Assembly: GCA_963664115.2 (NCBI GenBank)
Contig: CAXWPJ010000009.1
Coordinates: forward strand, 320,001 to 384,000
From: Terriglobia bacterium
Lineage (GTDB): Bacteria > Acidobacteriota > Terriglobia > 20CM-2-55-15
Direction of reading: 5' to 3'
Length of the DNA: 64,000 nucleotides
The translations under genes were made by a program, and so were the position numbers. The notes beneath the pieces are model-generated. The model was given only the letters and a program-made list of their open reading frames with translations, ran no database searches and was not told where the DNA came from. This document shows, piece by piece, positions 39,194-52,025 of the stretch. Position 1 is the stretch's first letter. Each line of letters starts with the position of its first letter.

Positions 39194-40171
39194 CTAGCAA
39201 CCTTTCCTTTTCTTCAACCAATTCCAGGCTGTTTCCACGATGGTGTGGACTGAGCTATGGCTGGGCGACCAATCGAGCAATGCGCTCGCCTTGTCGGGGG
39301 CCGCGACAAGACGGGGAGGGTCGCCCTCTCGACGGGGACCTTCGGTCGCCGTGACCTCCCGTTGGGTCACTGTCCGCGCGGCCTCGATGACTTCTCGAAC
39401 TGACACTCCTGTCCCCGTTCCTAAATTGAGCGCCTGGGACGCTATCGTTCCTTCCATAAGCATGCGGAGCGCGGTGACATGTGCCTCGGCCAGATCCGTG
39501 ACGTGCACGTAGTCTCGAACGCAAGTGCCATCGGGCGTCGGATAGTCCGTCCCATGGATAACCACATCACTGCGGAGTCGGGCCGCAGCCTCCAGGACCA
39601 GGGGGATCAAGTGCGTCTCCGGAACGTGATCTTCTCCGTAAGATCCATTGGGATCGGCCCCGGCAGCGTTGAAGTAGCGGAGGGACAAGTGCCGGAGTCC
39701 ATACGCGGGACCGAACCAGGACATGGCTCTCTCGAAGGCGAGCTTCGATTCACCATAGGGATTGATGGGGTTCTGGGGATGATCCTCAGCAATCGATTCG
39801 GTCTCCGGCACACCGTAGGTAGCACAGGTGGAAGAAAAAACAAGCGGTCGGACTCCGGCCGCGGCCATCGCCCGCAAGAGGTTCAAACCACCACCGACGT
39901 TAGTTTCGTAGTAGAGCTCGGGGTGCTTCCGGGATTCGGCAACCAGGGCCTTGCCGGCGAAGTGCAGGACGCCTTCAATGGCATAGCTGGAAAACACTTT
40001 CTCGATGTCTTCGAAGCGGCGGATGTCCCCTTCGATGAGCGGGACGTCGCTGACAAAATCCCTGTGCCCTGTGGAAAAATCGTCGAAAACCAGCGTCTCG
40101 AATCCCTCGCGCCCGAGAGCCTGTATCGTGTGCCGCCCTATGTAACCGGCCCCTCCTGTCACGAGGATCAC
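39194..40171 (-). CDS. galE: UDP-glucose 4-epimerase
   Basis: [44 protein letters not shown]. Confidence 0.93.
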   Translation of the reverse strand: MILVTGGAGYIGRHTIQALGREGFETLVFDDFSTGHRDFVSDVPLIEGDIRRFEDIEKVFSSYAIEGVLHFAGKALVAESRKHPELYYETNVGGGLNLLRAMAAAGVRPLVFSSTCATYGVPETESIAEDHPQNPINPYGESKLAFERAMSWFGPAYGLRHLSLRYFNAAGADPNGSYGEDHVPETHLIPLVLEAAARLRSDVVIHGTDYPTPDGTCVRDYVHVTDLAEAHVTALRMLMEGTIASQALNLGTGTGVSVREVIEAARTVTQREVTATEGPRREGDPPRLVAAPDKASALLDWSPSHSSVHTIVETAWNWLKKRKGC

Positions 40172-41118
40172 GACTTCAATTTCCGTCGAAAGTAATCAAT
40201 TGTCAGTCCGAGACCCTGCTCGATGTCCACCCGGGGTTCCCAATCGAGATGTTCACGTGCGCGGCCGATGTTCGGACAGCGAACCTTTGGATCGTCCTCA
40301 GGAAGTTTCTTAGCGACGATTTCGCTCGGACTACCCGTAAGCTTGAGAATCCTTCGGGCAAGTTCCGTTACGGTGTGTTCTATGGGATTTCCAATGTTTA
40401 TCGGCATCCCGATACCGTCGGAAGAGACGGCTTCGGTCAGCCGCATGATGCCGTCGATTGTGTCCGTGACATAGGCAAAGCTTCGGGTTTGCCCTCCATC
40501 GCCATAGACGGTGAGAGGCTCCCTCTTGAGGGCCTGGACGATGAAGTTGGATACGACCCGTCCATCCGAGATACGCATGCGGGGGCCATAGGTATTAAAG
40601 ATACGTACAATACGCGTGTCCACAGCATGGTAACGCCGGTACGCCATGGTCATAGCTTCGGCAAAGCGCTTCGCCTCGTCGTAAACACCCCGCGGCCCCA
40701 CCGGGTTCACGTTTCCCCAATATTCTTCAGCTTGTGGGTTGGTCAGCGGATCGCCATAGACCTCTGAAGTGCTGGCAAGCACAAAGCGGGCGCTCTTCGC
40801 CATCGCGAGCCCGAGAGCATTGTGCGTGCCCAGAGATCCAACTTTGAGCGTCTGAATCGGCATTTTCAGATAATCTTCAGGCGAGGCCGGGGACGCGAAG
40901 TGAAGAACGATATCCACGGGCTCGTCGACGTCAATGTACGTGGTCACGTTGTGCTCAACGAAGGAAAACTGGGGATTGCCGTTCAGGTGTTGGATATTGT
41001 CAGCACTGCCTGTGAGCAGGTTGTCGAGACAGACCACCGCATAACCGGCCTCGAGCAGGCGGTCACACAAGTGGCTTCCCAGAAATCCGGCTCCGCCGGT
41101 GACCACCGCACGTTTCAT
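40168..41118 (-). CDS. UDP-glucuronate decarboxylase (UDP-xylose synthase-like SDR)
   Basis: [41 protein letters not shown]. Confidence 0.9.
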   Translation of the reverse strand: MKRAVVTGGAGFLGSHLCDRLLEAGYAVVCLDNLLTGSADNIQHLNGNPQFSFVEHNVTTYIDVDEPVDIVLHFASPASPEDYLKMPIQTLKVGSLGTHNALGLAMAKSARFVLASTSEVYGDPLTNPQAEEYWGNVNPVGPRGVYDEAKRFAEAMTMAYRRYHAVDTRIVRIFNTYGPRMRISDGRVVSNFIVQALKREPLTVYGDGGQTRSFAYVTDTIDGIMRLTEAVSSDGIGMPINIGNPIEHTVTELARRILKLTGSPSEIVAKKLPEDDPKVRCPNIGRAREHLDWEPRVDIEQGLGLTIDYFRRKLKS

Positions 41119-41121
41119 CTA

Positions 41122-42420
41122 CTACTTCCTGCCGATGCCGTAGTAGGTGAATCCCATCTCTCGCATGTTTTCAGGGTCGTACACATTGCGGCCGTCGAAG
41201 ACGGTAGCCTGGCGCATCGCATCCTTCATCCGGTCGAAGTTCGGGTTGCGAAAAGCCTGCCATTCCGTAATTAAAAGCAGCGCATCGGCTCCGGTAAGAC
41301 ATTCGTAATCGCTGCCGGCAAATTCCACGCGAGACGCGAACACTTTCCGGGCCTCATCCATGGCCTCCGGGTCATAGGCAACGACCGTAGCTCCACCGTT
41401 GAGAAGCCCTTTGATAATATCGATTGAGGGCGCTTCCCGAATGTCGTTCGTTCGCGGCTTGAAAGCAAGCCCCCATATGGCCAGCCGCTTCCCGGCCACA
41501 TCGCCATCAAAGTGAGCAATAACCCGTTCGAGAAAGCGCACGCGCTGGTGGGCGTTGACGCGGGCAACGGCTTCGAGGATGCGCAGCGGATAGTCCTGAC
41601 GGCGGCCGCTCGCAATCAAAGCCTCAACGTCCTTGGGAAAGCAACTCCCGCCAAATCCAAGGCCGGGGAACAAAAACGACGAACCGATCCGCCGATCAAG
41701 ACCCATACCACGCCGGACCAACTCGACATCCGCACCCGAATACTCGCAGAGGTTGGCAATTTCGTTCATGAACGAAACGCGTGTTGCCAGATATGCATTG
41801 GAAGCATACTTGGTCATCTCCGCCGTCCGTATATCTGTGATAAGAACCGGGCTACCGGTGCGAACGAACGGAGCGTACAGCTCCCGCAGGACTTCGGCCG
41901 CACGCACGTCCTCCACTCCGAGAACGACGCGGTCCGGTTTCATAAAATCTTCGACCGCGGCCCCTTCTTTCATGAATTCAGGATTCGATACGACATCAAA
42001 CGGCTGGTCCGTTTCGGCGCGGATAAGATCCCGAATCTGTTCAGTCATTCCGACCGGAACCGTCGACTTCATCACGACCACTTTGAAATCCTTCATCGAT
42101 CGGCCGATTCCTGCGGCCACACTCCGGACAGCCGTGAGATCGATTTCTCCCCCTGCCTGGGGCGTTCCGACGGCAACAAACAGTACGAACGACTTCTTGA
42201 CGGCCGCCGCAAGGTCGCTTGTGAAACTGAGGCGACCCTGGGTCAAATTCCGTTGAACGATCTCGGGCAGGCCCGGCTCGTAAATGGGCATCTTACCTTT
42301 GGACAAAGCCTTGACCTTGTCCTGGTCGCTGTCGACACAGATAACGTCATTGCCGCTCTCAGCAAAGCACGCACCGGCGACCAGGCCAACGTAACCCGTA
42401 CCGATAACCGCGATATTCAC
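41122..42420 (-). CDS. ugd: UDP-glucose 6-dehydrogenase
   Basis: [32 protein letters not shown]. Confidence 0.95.
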   Translation of the reverse strand: MNIAVIGTGYVGLVAGACFAESGNDVICVDSDQDKVKALSKGKMPIYEPGLPEIVQRNLTQGRLSFTSDLAAAVKKSFVLFVAVGTPQAGGEIDLTAVRSVAAGIGRSMKDFKVVVMKSTVPVGMTEQIRDLIRAETDQPFDVVSNPEFMKEGAAVEDFMKPDRVVLGVEDVRAAEVLRELYAPFVRTGSPVLITDIRTAEMTKYASNAYLATRVSFMNEIANLCEYSGADVELVRRGMGLDRRIGSSFLFPGLGFGGSCFPKDVEALIASGRRQDYPLRILEAVARVNAHQRVRFLERVIAHFDGDVAGKRLAIWGLAFKPRTNDIREAPSIDIIKGLLNGGATVVAYDPEAMDEARKVFASRVEFAGSDYECLTGADALLLITEWQAFRNPNFDRMKDAMRQATVFDGRNVYDPENMREMGFTYYGIGRK

Positions 42421-42423
42421 CGC

Positions 42424-42723
42424 TCACTCCAGGTAATCATCAATTGAGGCTCCGATTTTCGTCAGGAAAGTGTTGGCTAACGACGGTATACCCCCCAGGT
42501 TCTCGTCGAGCATGATTTTTTCGACACGATGCAGAGGAAAGAATATTGTTGTCGGTCGGACGCCGCTCTCTTCTTCGTTCGAAACGTCATGCATCCAATC
42601 GTCAAAAGACATCAAGTCCAATCCGCGTAGCGTCACACCGGGCGCGCCAATCTCTATCAAGCGGCCGACAAAGCGCTCCTTCGGGCTGTGAAGATTGACG
42701 ACAACGAAACTGTTCACCTGCAT
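42424..42723 (-). CDS. Small hypothetical protein, possible Sm/LSm-like fold
   Basis: AAGGAG RBS, beta-rich pattern VVVNL..ERFVGRL...GVTL...TIFFPLHRVEKI. Confidence 0.6.
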   Translation of the reverse strand: MQVNSFVVVNLHSPKERFVGRLIEIGAPGVTLRGLDLMSFDDWMHDVSNEEESGVRPTTIFFPLHRVEKIMLDENLGGIPSLANTFLTKIGASIDDYLE

Positions 42724-42746
42724 CGCTGTCTCCTTAACAATCGCAG

Positions 42747-43562
42747 CTACGGATGCTGAGGCTCCGGTTCGAGTTGTGTTCCCCGCATCCAACGAATTAA
42801 TGCTCCGACACTTGCGGCCATGTCTGAATGGCCGAGTCGTTTCTCAATCCGGTGCACGATCGCGCTACCTACGATTGCTGCGTCGGCTTCGTCCCAAACG
42901 GCCCGGACGTGTGCCGGCCCGGAGATGCCAAACCCCACGGCAATCGGATGATCGGTGTGTTGCCGCAACCGTCTGACAAAACCGACGAGTTCATCGGACA
43001 ACGCGTCAGTGGCTCCTGTCACGCCGGTGCGGGATACGGCATAAAGAAAACCTGTGGACGTGCGGGCAATCTTCTCGAGTCTTTCGGCGGAACTCGTCGG
43101 CGCGACAAGAAACACAGAATTGAGATTCGCGCCGCTCATTGCATCCACAAACGGACGGGACTCCTCAACCGTGAGATCACTTGCGAGAATACCGTCAAGA
43201 CCGGCGTCAGAAGCTTTTCGGGCAAGCTCGGCTAGCCCCTGATTCAAGAGCGGATTGTAGTAACTCATCAGGAGCAGCGGAATTTCAGACGATAGTCGAA
43301 TCTTTCGAACCAGATCAAGAATACCGTCAACCGAGGTTCCCGACCTTAAAGCTCTTTCCGTCGCTCGCTGGATTACCGGCCCATCGGCAATCGGATCGGA
43401 AAAGGGGACTCCGAGTTCAATGATGTCCGCACCCGCGGCTTCCATTTCAACGACAATCTCAAGCGTGGCATCAAGGTCGGGATCGCCTGCAGTCAGATAA
43501 GGGATGAACGCCTTGCGCCCTTCTGAACGGAGCGTCTCGAACTTCTGGTCGATTCGGCTCAC
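42747..43562 (-). CDS. trpA: Tryptophan synthase alpha
   Basis: [27 protein letters not shown]. Confidence 0.97.
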   Translation of the reverse strand: MSRIDQKFETLRSEGRKAFIPYLTAGDPDLDATLEIVVEMEAAGADIIELGVPFSDPIADGPVIQRATERALRSGTSVDGILDLVRKIRLSSEIPLLLMSYYNPLLNQGLAELARKASDAGLDGILASDLTVEESRPFVDAMSGANLNSVFLVAPTSSAERLEKIARTSTGFLYAVSRTGVTGATDALSDELVGFVRRLRQHTDHPIAVGFGISGPAHVRAVWDEADAAIVGSAIVHRIEKRLGHSDMAASVGALIRWMRGTQLEPEPQHP

Positions 43563-44740
43563 TCCGGTTTTCCCTGTTCCAGACGCCCGACTTCTGTCAC
43601 GTCCTTGTCCCCCCGGCCTGAAAGGTTCACGATCGAGACGTCGTTGGGTCCAAGATCCGCTTTCTTCATGTACGCCACGGCATGGGCACTCTCCAGCGCC
43701 GGTATGATGCCTTCAAAACGACTCAACTCATGAAAGGCCTGCAAAGCCTCGTCATCATTGACGGATGTGTATTGGACCCGGCCGGATTCGTGTAGCGCCG
43801 CGTGCTCCGGGCCCACGGCAGGGTAGTCGAGTCCCGCTGAAACCGAGTGGGTCGGCACAACCTGACCGTCCTCGTCCTGGAGAATGTAGGAATAAGTCCC
43901 GTGGAGCACACCGGGCCGCCCTCCTGAAAATCGAGCGGCGTGCTCTCCCAAGGTCGTGCTATACCCACCGGCCTCGACACCCACCATGCGCACCTCCGAC
44001 TCTTCGATGAACGGATGGAACAGGCCAATGGAATTGGAACCACCGCCCACACACGCAACAAGAAGATCCGGCAACCGTCCTTCCTGTGCGATGATCTGCA
44101 CCCGTGCTTCCCGCCCGATTACCGACTGGAAGTCCCGGACCATCTCAGGATAGGGATGGGGCCCGAGGACCGAACCCAACATGTAATAGGTGTTTCGGAC
44201 GTTGGTCACCCAGTCGCGCATGGACTCGTTGATTGCGTCCTTCAGCGTCCGGCTCCCCGAACTTACCGGAAGCACTCGGGCACCCAGAAGCTTCATTCGG
44301 TAAACGTTGAGTTCCTGGCGCCGAATATCCTCTTCGCCCATGTAGACGTCGCACTCCATACCCAGGAGCGCACAAACGGTCGCTGTGGCGACACCATGCT
44401 GACCCGCACCGGTCTCCGCGATAATCCGCTTCTTACCCATTCGCTCAGCCAGCAGGGCCTGGCCCAGACAGTTGTTAATCTTGTGTGCCCCGGTATGGTT
44501 CAAATCCTCCCGTTTCAGGTAGATCTTCCCTTTTCCTAATGCCTCACTCAGCCGTTTCGCGAAATAAAGAGGTGTCGGCCGTCCCGAGTAATGTCGGAAC
44601 AATTCGTCAAGCCGCGCTTCAAAAGAGGAATCCTCCTTGAGCTGCCGATATGCTTCCTCAAGCTCCTGCAACGGATGCATCAAGGTTTCAGGAACGAACT
44701 GACCTCCGTATCCGCCGTAATGACCCTTGATCTCAGACAC
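43559..44740 (-). CDS. trpB: Tryptophan synthase beta
   Basis: [29 protein letters not shown]. Confidence 0.98.
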   Translation of the reverse strand: MSEIKGHYGGYGGQFVPETLMHPLQELEEAYRQLKEDSSFEARLDELFRHYSGRPTPLYFAKRLSEALGKGKIYLKREDLNHTGAHKINNCLGQALLAERMGKKRIIAETGAGQHGVATATVCALLGMECDVYMGEEDIRRQELNVYRMKLLGARVLPVSSGSRTLKDAINESMRDWVTNVRNTYYMLGSVLGPHPYPEMVRDFQSVIGREARVQIIAQEGRLPDLLVACVGGGSNSIGLFHPFIEESEVRMVGVEAGGYSTTLGEHAARFSGGRPGVLHGTYSYILQDEDGQVVPTHSVSAGLDYPAVGPEHAALHESGRVQYTSVNDDEALQAFHELSRFEGIIPALESAHAVAYMKKADLGPNDVSIVNLSGRGDKDVTEVGRLEQGKPE

Positions 44741-44772
44741 CGTCTCCGTCCTTTCCGATCGGTATTCGAACC

Positions 44773-45399
44773 TTACTCACAATCTGCCCTGTGCACGGCC
44801 TCTATAAAGCTGCGCATCAATTCGTGGTTTTTCTTGCCAGGAGACTCCTCGACACCGCTGGCGACATCGACTGCAAAGGGATGTAAGGCGTCAATGGCCT
44901 CACCAACGTTTTCCGGCCTTAATCCACCTGCGAGGACAATCCGTCCGAAGGCATTCGCTCCCTCCCCCTGAGACCACTGGAAGGTCTCTCCGGTACCCCC
45001 GACTCCCTTGCCGCTATATGCATCTAACAGGAAAGCGGAGACTGGATACTGCTCGAGGCTCGCCAGTCGAAATTGCTCATTCACTCGAAAGGCTTTGATC
45101 ACTTTGACACGGCTGATCATCGAACAGTAATCCGGCGATTCTTCACCGTGCAACTGAACAGCATCCAGACGGATCGAAAGCGCGAAGTCCTCCAAAGCCT
45201 GGGGGTCATCGTAATTCACGAAAACACCTACGGACGCAACGAACGGTGGCAAGGTATCGATAATTTTCACGGCTCGCCCAACGGTGATTCTTCGCGGACT
45301 CTCCTCGGAAAAATTCAGCCCGATGGCCGCTGCTCCCAGACTCGCCGCATCGCGCGCATCTTCGACTTCGGTCACACCACAAATTTTGATCCGGGTCAA
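44773..45399 (-). CDS. trpF: Phosphoribosylanthranilate isomerase
   Basis: KICG, QLHG.E, GGTG, LAGGL, VD.ASGVE. Confidence 0.96.
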   Translation of the reverse strand: MTRIKICGVTEVEDARDAASLGAAAIGLNFSEESPRRITVGRAVKIIDTLPPFVASVGVFVNYDDPQALEDFALSIRLDAVQLHGEESPDYCSMISRVKVIKAFRVNEQFRLASLEQYPVSAFLLDAYSGKGVGGTGETFQWSQGEGANAFGRIVLAGGLRPENVGEAIDALHPFAVDVASGVEESPGKKNHELMRSFIEAVHRADCE

Positions 45400-46187
45400 A
45401 GCAACTCCTTCAAAGCTGCTTCCGGGTCCTCGGAACGAACCAGGCGTTCGCCCACCAGAAACGCATCTGCGCCCGCATCGCCAAGTCTCAGGATGTCGCT
45501 TTTCTGCTGAATACCGCTTTCCGCCACAAACAGAACACCCTCCGGTATCTGCCTCCCCAGACGCATTCCGGTCTCGAGATTCACGTCGAACGTTTTCAGA
45601 TCGCGATTGTTTACACCGACGATTGAAGCCCCTGCCCCAAGTGCTTCCTCAAGTTCGCTCTCGTCATGGACTTCGACCAAGGCATCAATCCCGAATTCAG
45701 TGCACGCCTCCAGAAGCTCGCCTAGCTCATTGGGTTCGAGCATCGCGACAATCAACAAGATCGCACTGGCGCCAGCGGCTCGTGTTTCGGCCAGTTGATA
45801 GGCATCGAAGACGAAATCCTTTCTCAAAATCGGCAATCCGGAACTCCGGGCTGCAAGACCCACCCAAGCGATACTTCCCTGAAAGAAATCTTCTTCGGTA
45901 ACGACCGATATCGCCGACGCCCCAGCCCGGGCGTACATCTCGGCTAATGCCACGACATCGAGGTCGTCGATCAGGACGCCAGCTGACGGCGAAGCTTTCT
46001 TGATTTCGGCGATGATACGCGTTTGTGTGTCCGCCTCCAGAGCCTTTCGGAACGACGGCACGGGATCCCCTGTCGACGCCATTTTCCGCACAATCGCCTC
46101 GGGGACACGGAGTTGGGAATCTTCAACACGTTTGCGCTTTGCAGCCAAAATCCGGGCCAATACATGGGTCTGGGCAAGTTTCTTCAT
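45396..46187 (-). CDS. trpC: Indole-3-glycerol phosphate synthase
   Basis: IAEIKKASPS, LRKDF, LVEVH, GVNNRDL, AESGI. Confidence 0.96.
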   Translation of the reverse strand: MKKLAQTHVLARILAAKRKRVEDSQLRVPEAIVRKMASTGDPVPSFRKALEADTQTRIIAEIKKASPSAGVLIDDLDVVALAEMYARAGASAISVVTEEDFFQGSIAWVGLAARSSGLPILRKDFVFDAYQLAETRAAGASAILLIVAMLEPNELGELLEACTEFGIDALVEVHDESELEEALGAGASIVGVNNRDLKTFDVNLETGMRLGRQIPEGVLFVAESGIQQKSDILRLGDAGADAFLVGERLVRSEDPEAALKELL

Positions 46188-47197
46188 GCCGCCGACAGGG
46201 CCCGAAGTGCTTCGAGTTTCCGAAGGGCATTCCCTGAATCAATCGCATCCGATCCAACTTCGAAACCCGTTCTAAGGTCTTTAGCCAAACCCGCAGCCGT
46301 AATTGCGGCCGCCGCGTTCAGCAAAACGGCATCACGGTGGGGCCCCTTGACGCCTTCGAGCACTCTCCGAACAATACCGGCGTTGGTCTCGGGATCGCCT
46401 CCCTGGATCGAGTCCAACGATGACGGCACCACACCGAATTCCTCCGGTCGCAGAATGAAACTATTCAACTTACCGTCGTGGCACTCGACAATCCGCGTCG
46501 GTGCGGCGACAGAGATTTCGTCAATACCGTCGGTCCCGTGTACAACGAAAGCGTGACTCACGCCAAGTCGATTCGCCGCCCTCGCCATCAGTTCGAGTAT
46601 GTCGGGCGAGTTGACACCGATTACCTGAAAGCGAGCCGAAGCAGGGTTGGCCAGGGGGCCGAGGATATTGAAAACTGTCCGGACTTTGATCTCAGAGCGT
46701 ACAGGCATGACGTGCTTCATCGAAAGATGGAAGGCCTGTGCGAACAAGAAACCAATCCCGATTTCCTCGAGCGCCTTCCTCAGCTTTACGACAGGCATCT
46801 GAATATCGATACCCAAGGCTTCCATGACGTCCGCGCTGCCTGAGCGGCTGCTGACCGATCGATTTCCGTGCTTGGCGACACAGGCGCCGGCACCAGCAGC
46901 TACGAAAGCTGCAGCCGTGGAAATGTTGAAAGTTCCGGACCGGTCACCACCTGTGCCCGCCGTATCAAGCGTATCCGGCGGATCGCCTTCCCAGAGCGGC
47001 TTCGCCTGCTCCCGCATGACCCGGGCAAACCCCACCAGTTCGTCGAGAGTCTCGCCCTTCATCCGCAGCGCAGTCAGAAAGGCCGCTATCTGCACAGGAG
47101 TTGATTGACCGGTCATAATTTCATTCATGACGTCTCGGGCTTCGTTTTCACCCAGATCGATGCCTTCCACCAGCTGTGCGATAGCGTCGGTGATCAT
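46184..47197 (-). CDS. trpD: Anthranilate phosphoribosyltransferase
   Basis: GTGGD...FNIST, KHGNRS.SS.SGSAD, G.DE. Confidence 0.97.
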   Translation of the reverse strand: MITDAIAQLVEGIDLGENEARDVMNEIMTGQSTPVQIAAFLTALRMKGETLDELVGFARVMREQAKPLWEGDPPDTLDTAGTGGDRSGTFNISTAAAFVAAGAGACVAKHGNRSVSSRSGSADVMEALGIDIQMPVVKLRKALEEIGIGFLFAQAFHLSMKHVMPVRSEIKVRTVFNILGPLANPASARFQVIGVNSPDILELMARAANRLGVSHAFVVHGTDGIDEISVAAPTRIVECHDGKLNSFILRPEEFGVVPSSLDSIQGGDPETNAGIVRRVLEGVKGPHRDAVLLNAAAAITAAGLAKDLRTGFEVGSDAIDSGNALRKLEALRALSAA

Positions 47198-47751
47198 TGC
47201 CTTAAAAAGTTCGACAGAAGGTCGTGTCCAACCTCCGTCAATATCGATTCCGGATGAAACTGAATGCCTTCGGTCGAACCGTCCCGGTGCCGCACACCCA
47301 TGACAATCCCGTCCTTAGTCTTCGCCGTTATTTCAAGACTTTCAGGGAGATCCTCTACCATCAGGGAATGATATCGCGTGGCAGAGAAATCCTGGGGCAG
47401 GTCCTTGAAGATCGTTCGGCCGTCGTGGTGGATACGACTCACTTTGCCGTGCATCAGGGTTGGAGCAGGAACAACACGGCCGCCAAACACTTCGGCGATG
47501 GCTTGATGCCCGAGACACACTCCCAGAATCGGAACTTTGCCATGAAAGTATTCGACGACCTTCTCGGAGATTCCAGCGGTGGACGGAACGCCCGGACCGG
47601 GAGAAACGACGATGCGATCCGGTCCGCTCTCGGCGATGGATTCGACCGTCGTTTTGTCGTTTCGAAAAACACGGAGCTGCGCGCCCAACTCACCGAGATA
47701 CTGTACGAGGTTATAAGTGAAGGAATCATAGTTGTCGATAACGACAATCAT
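47194..47751 (-). CDS. trpG: Anthranilate synthase component II
   Basis: IDNYDSFTYNL, SPGPG, GVCLGHQ, QFHPES. Confidence 0.96.
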   Translation of the reverse strand: MIVVIDNYDSFTYNLVQYLGELGAQLRVFRNDKTTVESIAESGPDRIVVSPGPGVPSTAGISEKVVEYFHGKVPILGVCLGHQAIAEVFGGRVVPAPTLMHGKVSRIHHDGRTIFKDLPQDFSATRYHSLMVEDLPESLEITAKTKDGIVMGVRHRDGSTEGIQFHPESILTEVGHDLLSNFLRQ

Positions 47752-49241
47752 AGTTCCAGGCCCCTTGCGGCCAACTCGACGGCACGTACCAGAGCCCGGG
47801 CTTTGTTTACGGTCTCCATGTATTCGGTCTCGGGTACCGAATCGGCAACGATTCCACCCCCAGCCTGGATATAACCGCGGTCACCGGTCGCAACCAGCGT
47901 CCGGATGGCAATGCACGAATCCAGGTTGTCGCTGAAGTCTGCGTACAGCACTGCTCCGGAATAAACGCCCCGGCGCGTCGGTTCTTGTTCATCAATGATC
48001 TGCATAGCCCGAACCTTCGGTGCACCCGACACGGTCCCGGCAGGAAAGCAGGCCATTAATGCGTCAAAGCGATCCACATCGTCCCGAAGCTCGCCCGATA
48101 AAGAAGAAACCAGATGCATCACGTGGGAATAGCGTTCGATAAACATGAAATCGTCCACGCGGACCGTGCCGTATTTGGACACGCGCCCCATATCGTTGCG
48201 CCCCAAATCAACCAGCATGACGTGCTCGGCCCGTTCCTTTTCATCCGCGAGTAACTCATTCGCAAGTTGCCCATCTTCGAATTCGTCCTGACCGCGCGGA
48301 CGGGTTCCTGCAATGGGCCGGTATTGGGCACTGCGACCGCGGACCTGGATCAACATTTCCGGAGACGCACCCACGATCGACGCTTCGGGTGTCTGGAGAA
48401 AGTACATGTATGGCGACGGGTTGATCATTCTGAGGGCTCTGTAAACTTCAAACGGAGGCGTGGGCAAGTCCACTTCGAAGCGTTGCGCCAGTACCACCTG
48501 GAAAATGTCGCCAGCGGCTATGTATTCCTTGGCCCGGGTGACAGCAGCCAGGTAGTCTGGTTTCTCGAAATTCGATCGGACTTCAATGTCTGCTTGGCTT
48601 CTCGTCGGTGTCGGGATTTCTATCGCCTCGGCCAACAACGCTTCGGTCGTCTCTATTTCCTCGGCCGCTTTCGCATAAAGGGTCTCAATCGATTCGTCGC
48701 TCTCATCTAGGAACAGATTCGACACAATATGAATTTGGTTTTTCAGGTGATCGAAGGCCAGAACGGTCCTGAAAAACATCATCGTGGCGTCGTTGCTACC
48801 CAGATCATCCAGACCGGTATCGGGGATGTCCTCGATCAGGCGGACCATCCCATAGCCGAAATACCCGACCGCACCTCCAGAAAAAGGAGGCAGGCCGGGA
48901 ACCGATACCAAACGAAAGCCACGCATGGTCTGACGTAGATCGTCAAAAAAGTCTTCCCGCTCGTCTGGCGCAAAGTGCCTGTGCCGGGTCTTGTCATCCG
49001 AAGTGTCGGGCGGGGTCGGACCCACGCTGGTCACGAGGAAAGGGTCGCGACCCAGAAACGAATAACGCGCCAGCTTCTCACCCCCCTCGACGGACTCGAG
49101 CAAAAAGGCGTAGCGGCTTCCCTCCCGGAGCTTGAGGAAGGCGGATACCGGGGTCAGGAGGTCGGCAACGACCGATTTGTAAATCGGAACGACGTTGCCA
49201 TCCTTGCCGAGCTGCTCAGCTTCTTTCAGACTGGGATGCAT
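47748..49241 (-). CDS. trpE: Anthranilate synthase component I
   Basis: [34 protein letters not shown]. Confidence 0.96.
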   Translation of the reverse strand: MHPSLKEAEQLGKDGNVVPIYKSVVADLLTPVSAFLKLREGSRYAFLLESVEGGEKLARYSFLGRDPFLVTSVGPTPPDTSDDKTRHRHFAPDEREDFFDDLRQTMRGFRLVSVPGLPPFSGGAVGYFGYGMVRLIEDIPDTGLDDLGSNDATMMFFRTVLAFDHLKNQIHIVSNLFLDESDESIETLYAKAAEEIETTEALLAEAIEIPTPTRSQADIEVRSNFEKPDYLAAVTRAKEYIAAGDIFQVVLAQRFEVDLPTPPFEVYRALRMINPSPYMYFLQTPEASIVGASPEMLIQVRGRSAQYRPIAGTRPRGQDEFEDGQLANELLADEKERAEHVMLVDLGRNDMGRVSKYGTVRVDDFMFIERYSHVMHLVSSLSGELRDDVDRFDALMACFPAGTVSGAPKVRAMQIIDEQEPTRRGVYSGAVLYADFSDNLDSCIAIRTLVATGDRGYIQAGGGIVADSVPETEYMETVNKARALVRAVELAARGLEL

Positions 49242-49845
49242 GGCGGTTCTTCAATTCGCGCGTGACCTCTTCCAGGGACACACCGCGTTCCACGAGCAGG
49301 ACCATCAGGTGATAGATCAGGTCGGCGGTCTCCGACACCAGTTCTCCAGATTCCGGGTTCTTCGAAGCAACAATTGTCTCGGTTGCCTCTTCACCGACTT
49401 TCTTTAGAATCTTGTCCAATCCACTATTAAAGAGGTAGGTCGTGTAGCTACCCTCTGGGCGTAATTCCTTGCGACGTTCGATCAGTTCGAATAGTTGATG
49501 CATGAAACCCTCAAACTGAGGTTCGACATCGAAGCAGGAATACGTCCCTTTGTGGCAGGCCGGGCCGGACGGCGTCACTTCGACCAAGAGAGTGTCACAA
49601 TCACAATCCAGGTGAAGCTTCTGGACCGACTGCAGGTTCCCTGAGGTCGCGCCTTTGTGCCAGATCTCCTGACGGCTCCGACTGTAAAAGTAGGTTTCTC
49701 CTTTGTCGAGCGTCAACTCGAGCGATTCCCGGTTCATGTACGCCATCATCAGGACTTCACGCGTCGCGCGGTCCTGTACGATCGCCGGCACAAGCCCCTG
49801 ACCATCGAACTTGACGCTGTCCAGCATCTTCTTTTTGTCCGTCAT
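49216..49845 (-). CDS. hisIE: Bifunctional PR-AMP cyclohydrolase / PR-ATP pyrophosphatase
   Basis: SRSR..W.KG.TSG, DCDCD, ACH.G..SCF, KKVGEE. Confidence 0.96.
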   Translation of the reverse strand: MTDKKKMLDSVKFDGQGLVPAIVQDRATREVLMMAYMNRESLELTLDKGETYFYSRSRQEIWHKGATSGNLQSVQKLHLDCDCDTLLVEVTPSGPACHKGTYSCFDVEPQFEGFMHQLFELIERRKELRPEGSYTTYLFNSGLDKILKKVGEEATETIVASKNPESGELVSETADLIYHLMVLLVERGVSLEEVTRELKNRHASQSERS

Positions 49846-50612
49846 CGAACCATGACTCCCTTCTCCCGAAGGTGCGTCTTGGCTTCCTCGATTGTGAACT
49901 TTCTGAAGTGAAAGATCGATGCCGCCAAAACCGCACTGGCCCGCCCATTGACCAAGGCGTCGAAGAGGTGGTCGAGATTCCCCGCCCCACCGGATGCGAT
50001 CACAGGAATGTCCAAAACAGAGGCGATCTCTCCAGTGAGCTCAATGTCATAGCCGTCGTTCGTGCCGTCCGCGTCCATGCTCGTGAGCAGAATCTCTCCG
50101 GCACCGCACCGGGCCGCCTCCTGGGCCCATTGGACGGCATCGTGGTCAGTCCGGGTGCGGCCTCCATGTGTGTACGCCTGCCATTTAATTGGCCCTCCAT
50201 TCAATGTAGGCTCACGGCGGGCGTCAATGGCGACAACAATACACTGACTGCCGAAGCGCTCGGCCGCTTCGCTAACCAACTCCGGCCGTTCCAGCGCCGA
50301 CGTATTGATCGACACTTTATCGGCCCCCGACCTGAGAATTTCCCGAATGTCGCCTACTGAACGCAGCCCGCCACCGACAGTAAACGGGATGTTGATCGAG
50401 TCGGCGACTCGCCTCACCATATCGGCGACGATCTCTCTCCGGTCCGAGGACGCCGTAATGTCGAGGAAGACCAACTCGTCGGCCCCTTCTTCGGAATAAC
50501 GCAGTCCGGCTTCGATGGGATCCCCTGCATCCCGGAGCTCAAGAAAGTTGACGCCCTTGACGACTCGACCGTCCTTCACGTCCAGACAGGGAATGATGCG
50601 CTTAGCCAACAC
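49842..50612 (-). CDS. hisF: Imidazole glycerol phosphate synthase cyclase subunit
   Basis: [29 protein letters not shown]. Confidence 0.97.
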   Translation of the reverse strand: MLAKRIIPCLDVKDGRVVKGVNFLELRDAGDPIEAGLRYSEEGADELVFLDITASSDRREIVADMVRRVADSINIPFTVGGGLRSVGDIREILRSGADKVSINTSALERPELVSEAAERFGSQCIVVAIDARREPTLNGGPIKWQAYTHGGRTRTDHDAVQWAQEAARCGAGEILLTSMDADGTNDGYDIELTGEIASVLDIPVIASGGAGNLDHLFDALVNGRASAVLAASIFHFRKFTIEEAKTHLREKGVMVR

Positions 50613-51339
50613 GGCCGGCCTCCACAAGATCGAGGATTTCCCTCAGGTCAACCCGCCCCTCATACAGAGCCTTTCCAACAATCGCGCCCTCAAGACGTGG
50701 ATGCCTTAATTTTTGTAAATTCTCGATGTCTGGACAGCCCGACACGCCGCCCGACGCAATGATGCGAAGGCCGGTCGCATCTAGCATTTTCTTTGTGGCT
50801 TCCACATTCACACCACCGAGTTCGCCGTCACGGGAAATGTCCGTGTAGATAACAAGTTCAACACCTTGCTCCTCGAGTTTAGCCGCCAGCTCGAGAGCTG
50901 TCAGCCGAGCGTCGCTCGTCCACCCGCGCAAGCGGACTGTTCCGTCACGTGCATCAATGCCGACCGCGATGCGGCCTCCGTAACGCGTAATGGTTTCCCC
51001 CAGCAGGTCCGGATCGCTCACGGCCACGGTGCCCAGAATGACCCGATCGACTCCCGTTCCCAGTATGCGTTCCACCCCCGCCATGTCCCGTATGCCTCCA
51101 CCAACCTGAATCCGTAAATCCGGACACTGCATACGTATCCTCGCGATCGTGTCTATGTTCTGAGACTCTCCGGTGAAAGCCCCGTCCAGGTCTACGACGT
51201 GCAGCCATCGCGCGCCTGCCTCCATCCATTGGCTGGCCATATCGACGGGCCGTCCGTACACTGTCGCGTCCTCGGGTCGGCCCTGCCTCAATCGGACTGC
51301 CTGTCCCCCCAGGATATCGATGGCTGGATATATGTTCAT
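50602..51339 (-). CDS. hisA: ProFAR isomerase
   Basis: [26 protein letters not shown]. Confidence 0.96.
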   Translation of the reverse strand: MNIYPAIDILGGQAVRLRQGRPEDATVYGRPVDMASQWMEAGARWLHVVDLDGAFTGESQNIDTIARIRMQCPDLRIQVGGGIRDMAGVERILGTGVDRVILGTVAVSDPDLLGETITRYGGRIAVGIDARDGTVRLRGWTSDARLTALELAAKLEEQGVELVIYTDISRDGELGGVNVEATKKMLDATGLRIIASGGVSGCPDIENLQKLRHPRLEGAIVGKALYEGRVDLREILDLVEAGRVG

Positions 51340-51935
51340 GATCGAGCAAAGTTGTCGAGAATACGCTCACCGACATGCTGGCTCTTCTCTGGGTGAAACT
51401 GCGTCGCCCAGACGTTCCCATGGCCGACAACTGAAGGAAAATCGATTCCATAGTCCGTCGTGGCGATGACGAGCGCCGGATCTTCCGGGACCGCAGAGTA
51501 AGAGTGTACGAAGTAAACGAAGCTGCCGTCGTCGATGCCTTCAAGAATAACGTCCGATCGTTTCCGGTGAAGCTGGTTCCAACCCATATGTGGAACGTGT
51601 ACACCGTCAGGAATGCGCCGGATTTTCCCAGGGAGAATGCCCAGCCCGCTGTGCCTGCCGAATTCCTCGCTCTCGGTAAACAGGAGGTGCATGCCCAGAC
51701 ACACTCCCAGCATCGGAGTACCTTCGGACACTTTCCGGATAACGACTTCGGTCAATCCAAGTTCGTCAAGGTTGCGCATCGCGTTACCGAATGCGCCGAC
51801 GCCGGGCAGGATCAGTTTCGTGGCCTGTGCCACCTCCTCCGCGCGTGAAGTGACGCAGGTGTCGTGTCGGAGCCGAGCCAGGGTGTTCCGCAGGCTCCTA
51901 AGGTTGTTCAACTTGTAGTCAATAATCGTAATCAT
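51336..51935 (-). CDS. hisH: IGP synthase glutaminase subunit
   Basis: LPGVGAF, GVCLG, PHMGWN, YFVHSY, QFHPEKS. Confidence 0.96.
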   Translation of the reverse strand: MITIIDYKLNNLRSLRNTLARLRHDTCVTSRAEEVAQATKLILPGVGAFGNAMRNLDELGLTEVVIRKVSEGTPMLGVCLGMHLLFTESEEFGRHSGLGILPGKIRRIPDGVHVPHMGWNQLHRKRSDVILEGIDDGSFVYFVHSYSAVPEDPALVIATTDYGIDFPSVVGHGNVWATQFHPEKSQHVGERILDNFARS

Positions 51936-52025
51936 TTGGATCAAGCGGGGTTTGCATCGGTCACAACTGCTTTACGCGCGCCCTTTTTTGCAGGCGCCTA
52001 CATCGCTTCCACACAGCTAGAACGG

